From Candidatus Saccharimonadota bacterium (lineage in GTDB: Bacteria; Patescibacteriota; Saccharimonadia; Saccharimonadales; JAQGHD01): a stretch of DNA of 63,161 nucleotides. Position 1 is the stretch's first letter. Every line of letters starts with the position of its first letter. The DNA lies in NCBI GenBank assembly GCA_028288965.1, contig JAQGHD010000025.1, positions 1-63,161 on the forward strand, written 5' to 3'. The notes under the pieces are model-generated. The model did not search any database. It was given only the letters and a program-made list of their open reading frames with translations, and was not told the origin of the DNA. This document shows, piece after piece, positions 36,559 through 47,465 of this stretch. The position numbers and the translations under genes were made by a program.

Positions 36559-37128
36559 TTAGAAATCTATACCCTTATTGGCCAGGTATTTATCATCAAA
36601 GTGGTGCTTAATTTTGGTCATGTTGGTGGCTATATCAGCAAGGGGCAGCAGTTGGTCTGGAAAGTTGCGCCCGGTAACACAGAGACTAGTTTTGGAAGCC
36701 CGATCTTTCATAAGTTTTTCTAGCTTTGATATTGGCAACAAGCCGTCGTGAACGGCGTTGTTGATTTCGTCGCAGACCACCAGGTCAAAGTCACCACTGG
36801 TAGCGGCTTGGTAGGCAAAGTCATAGGTTTCTTCGGCGGCCTTTTTGTGCTGGGCTTCACTAACGCCTTCGGCACTTAGTTCACCGGCATTAAACCAGCC
36901 TTTGCCGCCTTTTAAGAATTCGAGCTTGCCCTTAAAGACAGTGCCAATTTTTCGCAAAAATTCATGCTCGCTCACATCCCAATGCTTAATGAACTGTACA
37001 TAGGCGACTTTCCAGCCCGCACCCAAAGCCCGGACCGTGAGCCCCAGTGAGGCACTGGTTTTACCCTTGCCTTCACCAGTGTAGACGATCACAACCGACT
37101 GCTTAGTTTTGTAGTCCTCAAAAGCCAT
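36559..37128 (-). CDS. Cob(I)yrinic acid a,c-diamide / cob(I)alamin adenosyltransferase (CobA/CobO/BtuR family).
   Basis: P-loop 'TGEGKGKTSASLGLTVRALGAGWKVAYVQFIK' and 'VCDEIN' motifs. Confidence 0.65.
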   Translation of the reverse strand: MAFEDYKTKQSVVIVYTGEGKGKTSASLGLTVRALGAGWKVAYVQFIKHWDVSEHEFLRKIGTVFKGKLEFLKGGKGWFNAGELSAEGVSEAQHKKAAEETYDFAYQAATSGDFDLVVCDEINNAVHDGLLPISKLEKLMKDRASKTSLCVTGRNFPDQLLPLADIATNMTKIKHHFDDKYLANKGIDF

Positions 37129-37151
37129 AATTTAAGAACAGTAGTATAGCA

Positions 37152-37676
37152 CTATGCTGCCGGCTTTGCTTCGTCTAATTGAATTGATTTTAATGCTGCA
37201 GCTCGCCCAATGAACTTATTCATGCGTGCTACGCGCATGCGCTCGGTGAGGCGTATGGTATCAGCTCGCGGGTCATTCTGGGCCTTGCGCAAGTTATTGA
37301 CCAGTTTTTTTATAGCCTCGTCGCTCTTGATTTCGGCTTCGGTTGTTGGGTCAAAACGATACAATGCCGCCGCCGCATTGATTTCCCCGTATAAGTAACT
37401 ATCCCAATTGTGTAAAGCCTCGACTCTTTGGCCGCGTGGGTCAAGATAGGCAAAACGAAGTATATCGCGAACAGGCTGTCTCAGAGGGTCGCGGGGCTCA
37501 ATTTTGGCCCGTTCAGGATTGGTTGTACCCACATAAGTTCTTAAAGCGTCAAAATAAATTCGGGGAAACTCTAGTATTCGCTCCTCTAGGCTCTCTAAAA
37601 AGATTCTTTGTTCTAGAGTTGCTTCTGGGGCAATATCAAAAGAAGGTGTTGCGGTATCGGCAAAATCTGTAGCCAT
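37152..37676 (-). CDS. Hypothetical protein.
   Basis: 174-aa ORF, no motif. Confidence 0.45.
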   Translation of the reverse strand: MATDFADTATPSFDIAPEATLEQRIFLESLEERILEFPRIYFDALRTYVGTTNPERAKIEPRDPLRQPVRDILRFAYLDPRGQRVEALHNWDSYLYGEINAAAALYRFDPTTEAEIKSDEAIKKLVNNLRKAQNDPRADTIRLTERMRVARMNKFIGRAAALKSIQLDEAKPAA

Positions 37677-37738
37677 AATTCCTCCTCTTTTTTGACTCTA
37701 TCAAGTTGCTAACAGATTGTCAAAGGAGAAAATTCTCT

Positions 37739-37978
37739 TTAGACGAGTTTTTTGTCACGCAGAGCCATGTCGATGCGTGGCCGATCAAAGCCGATAATTA
37801 AATTGCCGTCAATATCAATCACGGGAACACCGAGCTGACCAGTGTGATCCCAAATCCATTGGGCGGCCGTGCGATCTGTGCTGGCGTCTTTTTCCTCGTA
37901 CTCTACCTTACGGCTTTTGAAATATTCTTTAGCCGCATGGCAGAAAACGCAGGTGGGAGTGGTGTAAATAGTAACCAT
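37739..37978 (-). CDS. Glutaredoxin-like protein (NrdH/Grx family).
   Basis: 'VTIYTTPTCVFCHAAKEYF' CxxC thioredoxin-fold motif. 79 aa. Confidence 0.65.
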   Translation of the reverse strand: MVTIYTTPTCVFCHAAKEYFKSRKVEYEEKDASTDRTAAQWIWDHTGQLGVPVIDIDGNLIIGFDRPRIDMALRDKKLV

Positions 37979-37980
37979 GG

Positions 37981-38163
37981 CTAGTCCTCTTTCTCCAGGT
38001 ATTGCTTGCTATTAGAGTTGGTTAATTGCCGTAGACCGACATATAAACAGATTGAACAGACCACCGCCACCAAGGTTACCAATAACCAGCGGTCCTGCAA
38101 GTAGTGTAGCGTAGCCTCTAGATAGGTCTTGTGAGTAACACCTTGATGAGCAAATAATTCCAT
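37981..38163 (-). CDS. Small membrane protein (60 aa), hypothetical.
   Basis: Single TM 'LLVTLVAVVCSICLYVGL'. Its stop is 2 nt from the Grx-like start. Confidence 0.3.
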   Translation of the reverse strand: MELFAHQGVTHKTYLEATLHYLQDRWLLVTLVAVVCSICLYVGLRQLTNSNSKQYLEKED

Positions 38164-38187
38164 GAGTATATTATACTATGAGCACCT

Positions 38188-38820
38188 ATGAGTAGACCAA
38201 TGCCTGCAAGTAAAAGTATGTGGAAGTCTTTGTTGGTTGGTCTTGTGCTGGGCGTGGTCGGCTTGATTGTTGCGCGATACCTTACCATTAAGCCAAACGA
38301 TGTGCATTACCATGCCAACTTTGGGCTGTATGTAAATGGTGTGCGTGACGATTTTAAGAATTTTACCTTTTATGAAGAGATACAGAGCTGTGATGCCCAC
38401 GGTTCGGATAACCCAAAAACGCGTGCCCATATGCATGACAATAATAATCATGTGGTGCATGTGCATGATCACGCGGTGACGTGGGGTGCCTTTTTTGATA
38501 ACTTGGGCTACCACCTTGGTGACAAAGTTATAGAGACAGATAAAGGGGTATTTGCGGATGCTCAAGCTGGCAATCACCTAACTTTTTGGCTTAATAACCA
38601 ACCAGTTGATTCAATCGCTAATCGGATAATTGGAGATAAAGATGTTTTGCTGGTGAGCTATGGAAGCGACGATGCTGCTGGCCTAAAAAAGCAGTACGAT
38701 AGCATTCCCCACGATGCTGAAAAGTTTGATAAAGGGAGTGATCCTGCCAGCTGTAGTGGAGCCGAAAAACTGACATTTACCACTAAACTTAAAAAAGCCG
38801 TCGGCATTAATCAACCGTAA
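38188..38820 (+). CDS. Signal-anchored His-rich hypothetical protein, possibly metal-binding.
   Basis: 'HMHDNNNHVVHVHDHAV' His cluster. N-terminal TM. Confidence 0.45.
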   Translation: MSRPMPASKSMWKSLLVGLVLGVVGLIVARYLTIKPNDVHYHANFGLYVNGVRDDFKNFTFYEEIQSCDAHGSDNPKTRAHMHDNNNHVVHVHDHAVTWGAFFDNLGYHLGDKVIETDKGVFADAQAGNHLTFWLNNQPVDSIANRIIGDKDVLLVSYGSDDAAGLKKQYDSIPHDAEKFDKGSDPASCSGAEKLTFTTKLKKAVGINQP

Positions 38821-38862
38821 CTCGCCCTTGCGCTACCTCTGTTGGGACTGATATAATGCCAG

Positions 38863-39201
38863 GTGATGAATAAAGCCGCCGTAAAGCCGACGACTAAGGG
38901 AGAAAAAACCCCACCATCGACTTGGGATGGGTGGGTAGTAGCGCTGCAGCTGCTGGATACCACCTGGCGGGTAGCACTGCCTATTTTGTTACTAAGTTAC
39001 GGCGGCACTCGACTGGATCGTCACTGGCACTCGACGCCGCTGTTGAGTCTGATTGGCTTTTTTGTATCACTGCCGCTAGCCGTGCTGCTGGTGTACCGTC
39101 AGATCAAAGCTGCTTATCCGGACGCTTTTAAGACCGGCCAGACCGGCGCGGCAGACCCGTCCAGCAAGTCGGCGAGTAAGACCAAAGGGGGCAAAAAATA
39201 A
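38863..39201 (+). CDS. AtpZ/AtpI-like small membrane protein preceding the F0 genes.
   Basis: Two TM segments. Position immediately 5' of atpB. Confidence 0.5.
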   Translation: MMNKAAVKPTTKGEKTPPSTWDGWVVALQLLDTTWRVALPILLLSYGGTRLDRHWHSTPLLSLIGFFVSLPLAVLLVYRQIKAAYPDAFKTGQTGAADPSSKSASKTKGGKK

Positions 39202-40034
39202 TGTTCCTGGCCAAAAGCATTGAAGTCATTCCGCACGCCGAAAAGCTATTTACCGTCGGCGGCATTGGCATCAGCAACTCAATGTTGCTGGGCTGGGTGG
39301 TCAGTGCCGGGCTGGTTATTACGTTTATTGTGGCCGCCAAGCGCATCAAAATTACCAGCGGTGGCAAGGGTCTGACCATTTTGGAATTTTTGGTAGAGTT
39401 TATCACTAATCTAGCGGCCGACATCATGCACGACCGCAAAAAAGCCGCCAAATACGCGCCGTTTTTGGTGACGTTGTTTTGCTTTATTATCTTTAATAAC
39501 TGGGCCGGGTTATTGCCTGGTGTGGGCAGTATTCACTATCACGGCCTGCCGCTGCTGCGGGCTTGGACATCAGACCTTACTGGCACCCTAGCGCTGTCGG
39601 TTTTCTCGATTATTTTGATTCAAATTTATACGGTGCGGGAATTAAAAGTGGGTGGTTATCTCAAGCACTATTTTTCCGACAAACCCTGGAATCCCATCAA
39701 CTTGTTCGTGGGGCTGCTGGAAGTGCTCGGTGAGTTTACGCGTATGGCCAGCCTGGCGCTGCGTTTGTTCGGTAATATTTTTGCCGGCGAGGTGCTGCTA
39801 ATTGTGCTGTCATCCATCACCAGTTTTGGCTCCCCAGCGGCTACCCTGCCCTTTATATTTATGGAATTATTTGTGGGCTTTATCCAAGCCTATGTCTTTA
39901 CCACCTTGGTTATTGTCTACCTAACACTGGCTACCACCAGCCACGATGAAGAGCCTGAAACAGATCACTCCACCGTTGAATCTAAACCTGCAGCCCCCGC
40001 CCTGGCAGCTTCCGGCTCGCATTTAGGAGAGTGA
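39201..40034 (+). CDS. atpB: ATP synthase F0 subunit a.
   Basis: 'LRLFGNIFAGE' with the essential-Arg motif. Confidence 0.85.
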   Translation: MFLAKSIEVIPHAEKLFTVGGIGISNSMLLGWVVSAGLVITFIVAAKRIKITSGGKGLTILEFLVEFITNLAADIMHDRKKAAKYAPFLVTLFCFIIFNNWAGLLPGVGSIHYHGLPLLRAWTSDLTGTLALSVFSIILIQIYTVRELKVGGYLKHYFSDKPWNPINLFVGLLEVLGEFTRMASLALRLFGNIFAGEVLLIVLSSITSFGSPAATLPFIFMELFVGFIQAYVFTTLVIVYLTLATTSHDEEPETDHSTVESKPAAPALAASGSHLGE

Positions 40035-40080
40035 TGTGTTAGAAATAATAACGATTAAGAAGTAACTAAAGGAGTTTTAT

Positions 40081-40329
40081 ATGTTACATCAAGTATTCGC
40101 AGCGGCGACTGATTCGCCCCTCGCTAACCCAACATTTGTTAAAGGAATGGCCATTGCTATCGGCACCATTATGCCAGCTTTTTCCTTAGGTTGGATTGGC
40201 AGTAGTGTTATGAAAGCCATTGGCCGCAACCCAGAAGTTGCCGGGCGTATTTTGCCAATTCTGCTGATTAGCGCAGCCTTGGTGGAAGCCATTGCTATTT
40301 ACGTGCTGGTTGTCGTCTTTACCGTTTAA
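40081..40329 (+). CDS. atpE: ATP synthase F0 subunit c.
   Basis: 82-aa two-helix hairpin with the conserved carboxylate in 'AALVEAIAIY'. Confidence 0.85.
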   Translation: MLHQVFAAATDSPLANPTFVKGMAIAIGTIMPAFSLGWIGSSVMKAIGRNPEVAGRILPILLISAALVEAIAIYVLVVVFTV

Positions 40330-40345
40330 TAAATCTGGAGTCTAG

Positions 40346-40894
40346 GTGATAGAAATGTTTACAGCCGCTAGTCATGGGTTTGCCGCCGCCGGTTCGGGCG
40401 GTCTAGCCACGCTGGGCATTGACGTCAAAGCGCTGATCTTACAGATCCTGACCTTTGTCATTGTCTTTTGGCTGCTCAAAAAGTTTGCTCTCACTAAAAT
40501 CATCAAGACCTTAGAGGACCGCCGCGAAACCATAGACAAAGGTGTGACGCTCGGTCAGGAGATGGAAGTGGCCAAAGCCCAGTTGGAAGAGCAAGTCAAA
40601 GTCCGTTTGCGCCAGGCGCGTGCCGAGGCCGATGAGATTTTGGCCAAAGCCCGAGCAGAAGCCAGTGAGGTGCTCAAGGCAGCTGAGATTGATGCCACGC
40701 GTAAGGCGGATAATTTGGTGGCTGACGCCAAGGCCCGCATAGCAGATGAGGTCAAGCAGGCTCGCCGCCAGCTGGAGCAAGAAATGCTGGATCTAGTGGC
40801 CGAAGCGACCGAGGTTATCATCGAGGAAAAACTTGATCCTAAAAAAGACCAAACGCTGATTGATAAGGCGCTGCGCCTGGTGAGGGCCAAATGA
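40346..40894 (+). CDS. atpF: ATP synthase F0 subunit b.
   Basis: Single N-terminal TM plus a long charged helix. Operon position. Confidence 0.75.
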   Translation: MIEMFTAASHGFAAAGSGGLATLGIDVKALILQILTFVIVFWLLKKFALTKIIKTLEDRRETIDKGVTLGQEMEVAKAQLEEQVKVRLRQARAEADEILAKARAEASEVLKAAEIDATRKADNLVADAKARIADEVKQARRQLEQEMLDLVAEATEVIIEEKLDPKKDQTLIDKALRLVRAK

Positions 40895-41280
40895 GCAAGA
40901 TTAGCCGCAAAGAATTAGCCGGTGCCGTTTTGAGTTTGCTGGACGCTGGCAAAAGCCCGGCCGTTGTGGCCCAGCAAATCGCCGAATACCTAGTGGCCGA
41001 ACGCCGCACCACTGAACTCACTGCTCTAATGCGTGAGGTAGAAAATTTGCGCTTTGAGCGCAGTGGCGTTTTGGAAGCCGAGGTGTCCAGTGCGCACGAA
41101 CTAACCCCAGCGCTGCAGCAGGAAATAAAAGACCTGTTCCAGGCCAAGCACACCCTGCTGGATTACACCCAAGACGCCGAACTTATTGGTGGCATGCGGG
41201 TGCGGACCATCGAACAACAACTAGATATCAGCGTGGAACATAAACTGAATCAATTAAAGCACGCCAACGAGGGAGCATAG
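40891..41280 (+). CDS. atpH: ATP synthase delta subunit (OSCP), unusually short at 129 aa.
   Basis: C-terminal '[25 protein letters not shown]' matches the delta C-terminal domain. Most of the N-terminal domain appears to be missing. Confidence 0.6.
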   Translation: MSKISRKELAGAVLSLLDAGKSPAVVAQQIAEYLVAERRTTELTALMREVENLRFERSGVLEAEVSSAHELTPALQQEIKDLFQAKHTLLDYTQDAELIGGMRVRTIEQQLDISVEHKLNQLKHANEGA

Positions 41281-41287
41281 ACGAGCC

Positions 41288-42850
41288 ATGGCAAACGATT
41301 TATCAGTAAAAGAACTATCGGCCGACATTCGAGCGGCTATAGAAAAGCTCAAAACTCGGCCCGAAATTGAGTCCGTTGGCATTGTGACCCGTGTGGGTGA
41401 CGGCGTGGCCTGGATTTTTGGCCTTAAAAAGGCCGGTTATAACGAAATGCTCGAACTCGAGACTATCAACGGCGGCACGGTCACGGCCTTTGCCCTGAAC
41501 CTGGGCGAAGACGAAATTGGCTCGGTAATTTTGGGTGATGACACCAAAGTCCAAGCCGGCGCTACGGCCCGGCTAACCGGTAAAGTGCTAGAAGTGCCAG
41601 TCGGTCCGGAACTCGTGGGCCGCGTGGTCGACCCGCTAGGTAAACCCCTGGACGGCAAGGGGCCCATCAAAACCACCCAAACCGGCTTGATTGAACGAAC
41701 CGCTCCCGGCGTTATGGACCGCAAGAGCGTGCACGAACCGCTGATGACCGGCCTGATGGCCATTGACGCCATGGTACCCATCGGCCGTGGCCAACGCGAG
41801 CTACTCATCGGCGACCGCCAAACCGGTAAAACGGCTGTGGCGATCGATACCATGATCAACCAGCACCGCCAAAAAACTGGTGTGGTCAACATTTACGTAG
41901 CCATTGGCCAAAAGCTCAGCAAAGTATCGCGTATTGTGGAGCGGCTGCAACGCGAAGGTGTCATGGAGCAAACTATTGTCATCGCCACCAGTGCCGCCGA
42001 CCCCGCCAGCTTGCAATACCTGGCGCCTTACGCCGGGGCCACCATGGGCGAATATTTCCGCGACAACAAACAGCACGCCTTGATTATTTTTGATGACCTG
42101 TCCAAGCACGCCGTGGCCTACCGCCAAATGTCGCTGCTGCTGCGCCGACCACCGGGCCGCGAAGCCTACCCGGGTGATGTCTTTTACTTGCACTCTCGTT
42201 TGCTAGAGCGGGCTGCTAAGCTCAGTGACGATCTGGGTGCTGGCTCCCTAACGGCCCTGCCGATTATCGAAACTCAGGCTGGTGACATTAGCGCCTACAT
42301 CCCCACCAACGTGATCTCCATCACCGACGGCCAGATCTTTATGGAAACCAACCTGTTCTACCAAGGTATTCGCCCAGCTATTAGCGTGGGACTATCAGTT
42401 TCGCGTGTGGGTGGTGCCGCCCAAACCAAAGCCGTCAAAAGCGTGGCCGGCAGCCTGCGCGTTAACCTCGCCCAGTTCCGCGAACTAGCCGCCTTTGCCC
42501 AATTCTCGACCGATCTGGATGCTGAGACAAAGCACCGCATTGAGCGCGGTCAGCGCTTGACGGAACTACTCAAACAACCACAGTATTCGCCAATGGCTGT
42601 CTGGGAAATGTACGCCGTGCTACTAGCTGCCACCGAAGGTGCCTTTGACGCCGTTCCCCTGCCCAAAGTCAAAACCGCGCAAGCTGCCATATTGGGTGAA
42701 CTGCACAAAGAACACCGCCAAGAAGTAGAAACCATCAATACCGGCGCCGTACCCGATGAAAAAACTCAAAAGCTGATTCTAGACGTCGCCAAGCGCATCG
42801 CCGAAACCTATAAAGAAGAAGTTAAAGGTGAGGAGAAGGAAGGAATATAA
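41288..42850 (+). CDS. atpA: ATP synthase alpha subunit.
   Basis: 'GDRQTGKTA' P-loop. Full-length alpha. Confidence 0.95.
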   Translation: MANDLSVKELSADIRAAIEKLKTRPEIESVGIVTRVGDGVAWIFGLKKAGYNEMLELETINGGTVTAFALNLGEDEIGSVILGDDTKVQAGATARLTGKVLEVPVGPELVGRVVDPLGKPLDGKGPIKTTQTGLIERTAPGVMDRKSVHEPLMTGLMAIDAMVPIGRGQRELLIGDRQTGKTAVAIDTMINQHRQKTGVVNIYVAIGQKLSKVSRIVERLQREGVMEQTIVIATSAADPASLQYLAPYAGATMGEYFRDNKQHALIIFDDLSKHAVAYRQMSLLLRRPPGREAYPGDVFYLHSRLLERAAKLSDDLGAGSLTALPIIETQAGDISAYIPTNVISITDGQIFMETNLFYQGIRPAISVGLSVSRVGGAAQTKAVKSVAGSLRVNLAQFRELAAFAQFSTDLDAETKHRIERGQRLTELLKQPQYSPMAVWEMYAVLLAATEGAFDAVPLPKVKTAQAAILGELHKEHRQEVETINTGAVPDEKTQKLILDVAKRIAETYKEEVKGEEKEGI

Positions 42851-43191
42851 TGGTAAATCGTACATCCGCAGAACAGGCACGAGTTGATGCAGAAATTATG
42901 GCCGTAGAGTCTGGGTTTGCTGAGCATTTTGCAGGTATGGATACCTATGCTTTTGTGGAAGAAGGTATTGCAATATTTAGAGTTGTTGCTGAAGGATTAC
43001 CCTCAGTAAATAAAGGCGCTGACCTAGCGTTGCAGGGGCTGCTAAATGTATTAGTAACGGGCGAGGCTCCTTATTCAAGTTTAGTTTTTGGTGGTAAAGC
43101 AGCTGCAGCTTGGCGGATGTATACTGCTGAACTCGTAAAACGCACTGCTGTACATAGCGGTAAAGAGTTTCGTGAGGTGCCGGTAGAATAA
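42850..43191 (+). CDS. Hypothetical 113-aa protein inserted between atpA and atpG and translationally coupled at both ends.
   Basis: TAATGG overlaps at both junctions. By eye its AT content is noticeably higher than the flanking atp genes. Confidence 0.5.
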   Translation: MVNRTSAEQARVDAEIMAVESGFAEHFAGMDTYAFVEEGIAIFRVVAEGLPSVNKGADLALQGLLNVLVTGEAPYSSLVFGGKAAAAWRMYTAELVKRTAVHSGKEFREVPVE

Positions 43192-44057
43192 TGGCTAACA
43201 CGATTACCCTCAAGCGCCGAATCAATTCGGTCCGTAACACCCGTCAGATTACCAAGGCTATGGAGCTAGTGGCCGCCAGCAAAATGCGCCGGGCTCAAGA
43301 GCATGCTCTGCGGACTCGAGATTTTTATACCCTAGCCCAGCAAATTCTGACGCGTTTGCGCCAACTGACTGATGTGACCAAGCATCCGCTGTACCGCCAG
43401 CAAAACGTCAAAACTCGCCTGCATATTTTAATTACCAGCGATCAAGGTTTGGCCGGGGCCTACGACGCTAATTTGCTCAAACAATTTAGCCAAGAGCTCC
43501 AGCAAGACCACAAAGACGGAGTCACCAGCCAAGTTATTAGCATCGGCCGCAAAGGCAGCAGCTTTGTTTCACGGCTTGAGGGCGTCGAGCTATTGGCCGC
43601 CTATCACCACTTTGCCGAGCAACCCACCGCTAACGACATTCGCCCTATCCTCAACACCATTGTTGGCCTGTTCATTACCAAAAAAGTTGATGCCGTAGAC
43701 GTTATTTATACCGATTACAAAACCAGCCTCAGCCAAATTGTTACGTCGCAACGACTGTTACCCGCCGCCTACCAAGATGTGCCAATCGAGCCGGATTTAG
43801 AGCAAGCTTTGTTTGAGCCATCGCCAGAAGCCGTGCTAGAAGCCATTACACTCCGGTTGATTGAGGCCCAGCTCAACCAGGCCTTCAGCGAAGCCCAAGC
43901 CAGCGAGCATTCCATGCGCATGATGGCCATGAAAAACGCTACTGATAACGCCAACGATCTGATAGATGATTTAACCCTGGCCTTTAACACGGCTCGCCAG
44001 GCGGCCATTACTCAAGAACTGGCCGAGATCACGGCTGGCGCGGAGGCCATTCAATGA
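43191..44057 (+). CDS. atpG: ATP synthase gamma subunit.
   Basis: 'ITKAMELVAASKMRRAQ' N-terminus and 'ITQELAEITAGAEA' C-terminus. Confidence 0.9.
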   Translation: MANTITLKRRINSVRNTRQITKAMELVAASKMRRAQEHALRTRDFYTLAQQILTRLRQLTDVTKHPLYRQQNVKTRLHILITSDQGLAGAYDANLLKQFSQELQQDHKDGVTSQVISIGRKGSSFVSRLEGVELLAAYHHFAEQPTANDIRPILNTIVGLFITKKVDAVDVIYTDYKTSLSQIVTSQRLLPAAYQDVPIEPDLEQALFEPSPEAVLEAITLRLIEAQLNQAFSEAQASEHSMRMMAMKNATDNANDLIDDLTLAFNTARQAAITQELAEITAGAEAIQ

Positions 44058-44341
44058 GCCTTGATCTCTTACCAGATATACACACGGTTACTTTCCATGT
44101 TGATACGTGGGAGCGCTACCAAGACCTGCTCGAAGAAGAAGCTAGTTTGCCGCCGATCGGTAGTGATGACGACCGGATTTCAGAACAAACCAGGCGCATT
44201 GGAGCTACTATAGTGAGGACTTACGCGGGTGTCCACCAGCTAGCTATCGACGAAATTGGCCGAGCTGTCGACAGGCGTCAGCGCACTGATTTTAATATCT
44301 GCATGAAAGATCAAATGGATGAAGAGGTCACCCGGGAATGA
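44054..44341 (+). CDS. Hypothetical 95-aa protein inserted between atpG and atpD.
   Basis: ATGA overlap with the atpG stop. No motif. Confidence 0.45.
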   Translation: MSLDLLPDIHTVTFHVDTWERYQDLLEEEASLPPIGSDDDRISEQTRRIGATIVRTYAGVHQLAIDEIGRAVDRRQRTDFNICMKDQMDEEVTRE

Positions 44342-44688
44342 CAGAGCAAACTCCTAAAAGCAGCGAACAGCGCTTGCACGATATAATAAAACGTGCGGCA
44401 GATGATACGCTAGAAGCTACCCGTACCAACCCCGTCACCGATACGTTTCTGGCCCTAAATGCAGCTCGCTTGGCTGTTCAGTATTTACTGGAGGAACTTC
44501 TTCTTGCTAAATCAGAAGAGATTACCGGCATTGGCGCCCATGGAGACATTTCACACCAAGGTAATTTTGCTCCTACCTCAGGTGCTGATTTATGGATGGC
44601 TCAAGGACACAGCCCTGAAGAAATAGCCGTCACTGGACAAGAATTAGGCTTAGAAGATGAAGTTATAGCAACCAGAATAGGAGAATAA
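44338..44688 (+). CDS. Hypothetical 116-aa protein inserted between atpG and atpD.
   Basis: ATGA overlap with the preceding ORF. Ends 3 nt before atpD. Confidence 0.45.
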   Translation: MTEQTPKSSEQRLHDIIKRAADDTLEATRTNPVTDTFLALNAARLAVQYLLEELLLAKSEEITGIGAHGDISHQGNFAPTSGADLWMAQGHSPEEIAVTGQELGLEDEVIATRIGE

Positions 44689-46089
<1,401 letters not shown>

Positions 46090-46095
46090 GCATTA

Positions 46096-46536
46096 ATGGC
46101 TGCCAATGATTTGATTCATTTTGAACTCGTTACCCTCGACGGCACCAAATTTGGTGAAGACGTCTATGAAGTTATCTTGCCGACGCCCGATGGTTACATT
46201 GGTGTACTGCCCCACCACATTCCGCTGGTGACCATAGCTTCGCCGGGTATTATTAGTATTCGCCGCAAGCCTGGCGACCGTGACGATCAAATGGAATACT
46301 ACGCTACCAATGGCGGTGCCATTGAAGTGCTTGGTAATGTTGTGCGGGTGTTGGTAGACGAAGCCGATCACGAAGCCGAGATAAACGAGCAAGAGGCCCA
46401 GAAGGCCTTTGAGCGCGCTCAAGAGCTCCGCGAACACGCCAAAGATCAAGTTTCACTCAATGAAGCCCAAAGTTTGATCGATCGCCAGGCGGTACGCCTG
46501 CAAGTGGCCGGGCTGCGTCGCCGCAAACGCCGCTGA
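46096..46536 (+). CDS. atpC: ATP synthase epsilon subunit.
   Basis: 'FELVTLDG...GVLPHHIPLVT' is the epsilon beta-sandwich N-terminus. Confidence 0.85.
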   Translation: MAANDLIHFELVTLDGTKFGEDVYEVILPTPDGYIGVLPHHIPLVTIASPGIISIRRKPGDRDDQMEYYATNGGAIEVLGNVVRVLVDEADHEAEINEQEAQKAFERAQELREHAKDQVSLNEAQSLIDRQAVRLQVAGLRRRKRR

Positions 46537-46615
46537 GTGTATTAATGACTCTCGCCTATTGTCAAATCTGTAAATACATTCTATCCTTATAGCATTAAAC
46601 TTTAAGGAGGGATCC

Positions 46616-47356
46616 ATGTTTGGACGCAAGAAGCTCGCCATGATTGTGGCAGAGTTCTTAGGCAGTGCTATTCTGACTAGTGTAGTGCTTGCCGTAAGTA
46701 AATCAGCCGTAGGACTGCCATATTTTGTGGCAATTGCCGCCGGTGTAACATTTGGGGTACTGCCATTGATTATTGGCGGTATGTCCGGCGCCCATATTAA
46801 TCCAGTTGTTACGGTGGGTCTCTGGACGGTACGAAAAATACAAACATTAGAGGCGGTTGTGTACATTGCTGCTCAATTCCTGGGTGCTGTTGTGGCACTT
46901 CGTTTGTATGTCTACCTAGTAGACCAATCTATTAAAAACACTGCTAACAAAAACTTTGACTGGCGGGTTTTAGTCGCCGAAATGGTCGGTACGTTTATTT
47001 TTACCTTTGGTGTGGCTTCAGCCATTTACCAAGGCATGAAAGGTTTGCGTCTAGCTGTGACAGTTGGAACATCACTGTTCCTTGGTATGGTTGTAGCTGC
47101 CGTGGCCTCAAACGGCCTCGTCAACCCAGCTCTTGCACTCGGTGTGCAATCATGGAACAAAGAGTACGTGATTGGCCCAATAGTTGGCGCCTTGGTTGGC
47201 GTTAATCTGTATGCCATCTTGTTTGAAGGACCATCCGTAAGGTTATGGACCACATCTAAGGCAGCAGCCAGTCGTCCAGCCGTTGCTTCTAAGCCGGTTG
47301 TGAAGCCAGCTACTAAAGCTCGAGCTAAAAAGCCTGCTACTCGTCGCAAGCGCTGA
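46616..47356 (+). CDS. MIP-family channel (aquaporin/glycerol-facilitator-like) with a Lys/Ala/Pro-rich C-terminal tail.
   Basis: First 'HINPVVT' (an NPV variant of NPA) and second 'NPALALG' motifs. Confidence 0.75.
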   Translation: MFGRKKLAMIVAEFLGSAILTSVVLAVSKSAVGLPYFVAIAAGVTFGVLPLIIGGMSGAHINPVVTVGLWTVRKIQTLEAVVYIAAQFLGAVVALRLYVYLVDQSIKNTANKNFDWRVLVAEMVGTFIFTFGVASAIYQGMKGLRLAVTVGTSLFLGMVVAAVASNGLVNPALALGVQSWNKEYVIGPIVGALVGVNLYAILFEGPSVRLWTTSKAAASRPAVASKPVVKPATKARAKKPATRRKR

Positions 47357-47377
47357 GCGCTTACACTTAGTAAAGAG

Positions 47378-47410
47378 ACACTCCATCCTAAAAAAGGTGG
47401 GGTGTTTTTT
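47378..47410. terminator. Hairpin (CACTCCATCC...GGTGGGGTG) followed by a T6 run, downstream of the MIP gene.
   Basis: Read from sequence. The stem is imperfect and relies on G-U pairs. Confidence 0.35.
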
Positions 47411-47465
47411 GAGTCAACTGTTTAACTCCTGGTACAATAGAGGCATCAGAGGGGACTAGATTTTT

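Noticed and set aside
41315-42738. Several minus-strand ORFs inside atpA (e.g. 41437..41892, 41801..42193)
   Set aside because: They are antisense to an unmistakable atpA gene.
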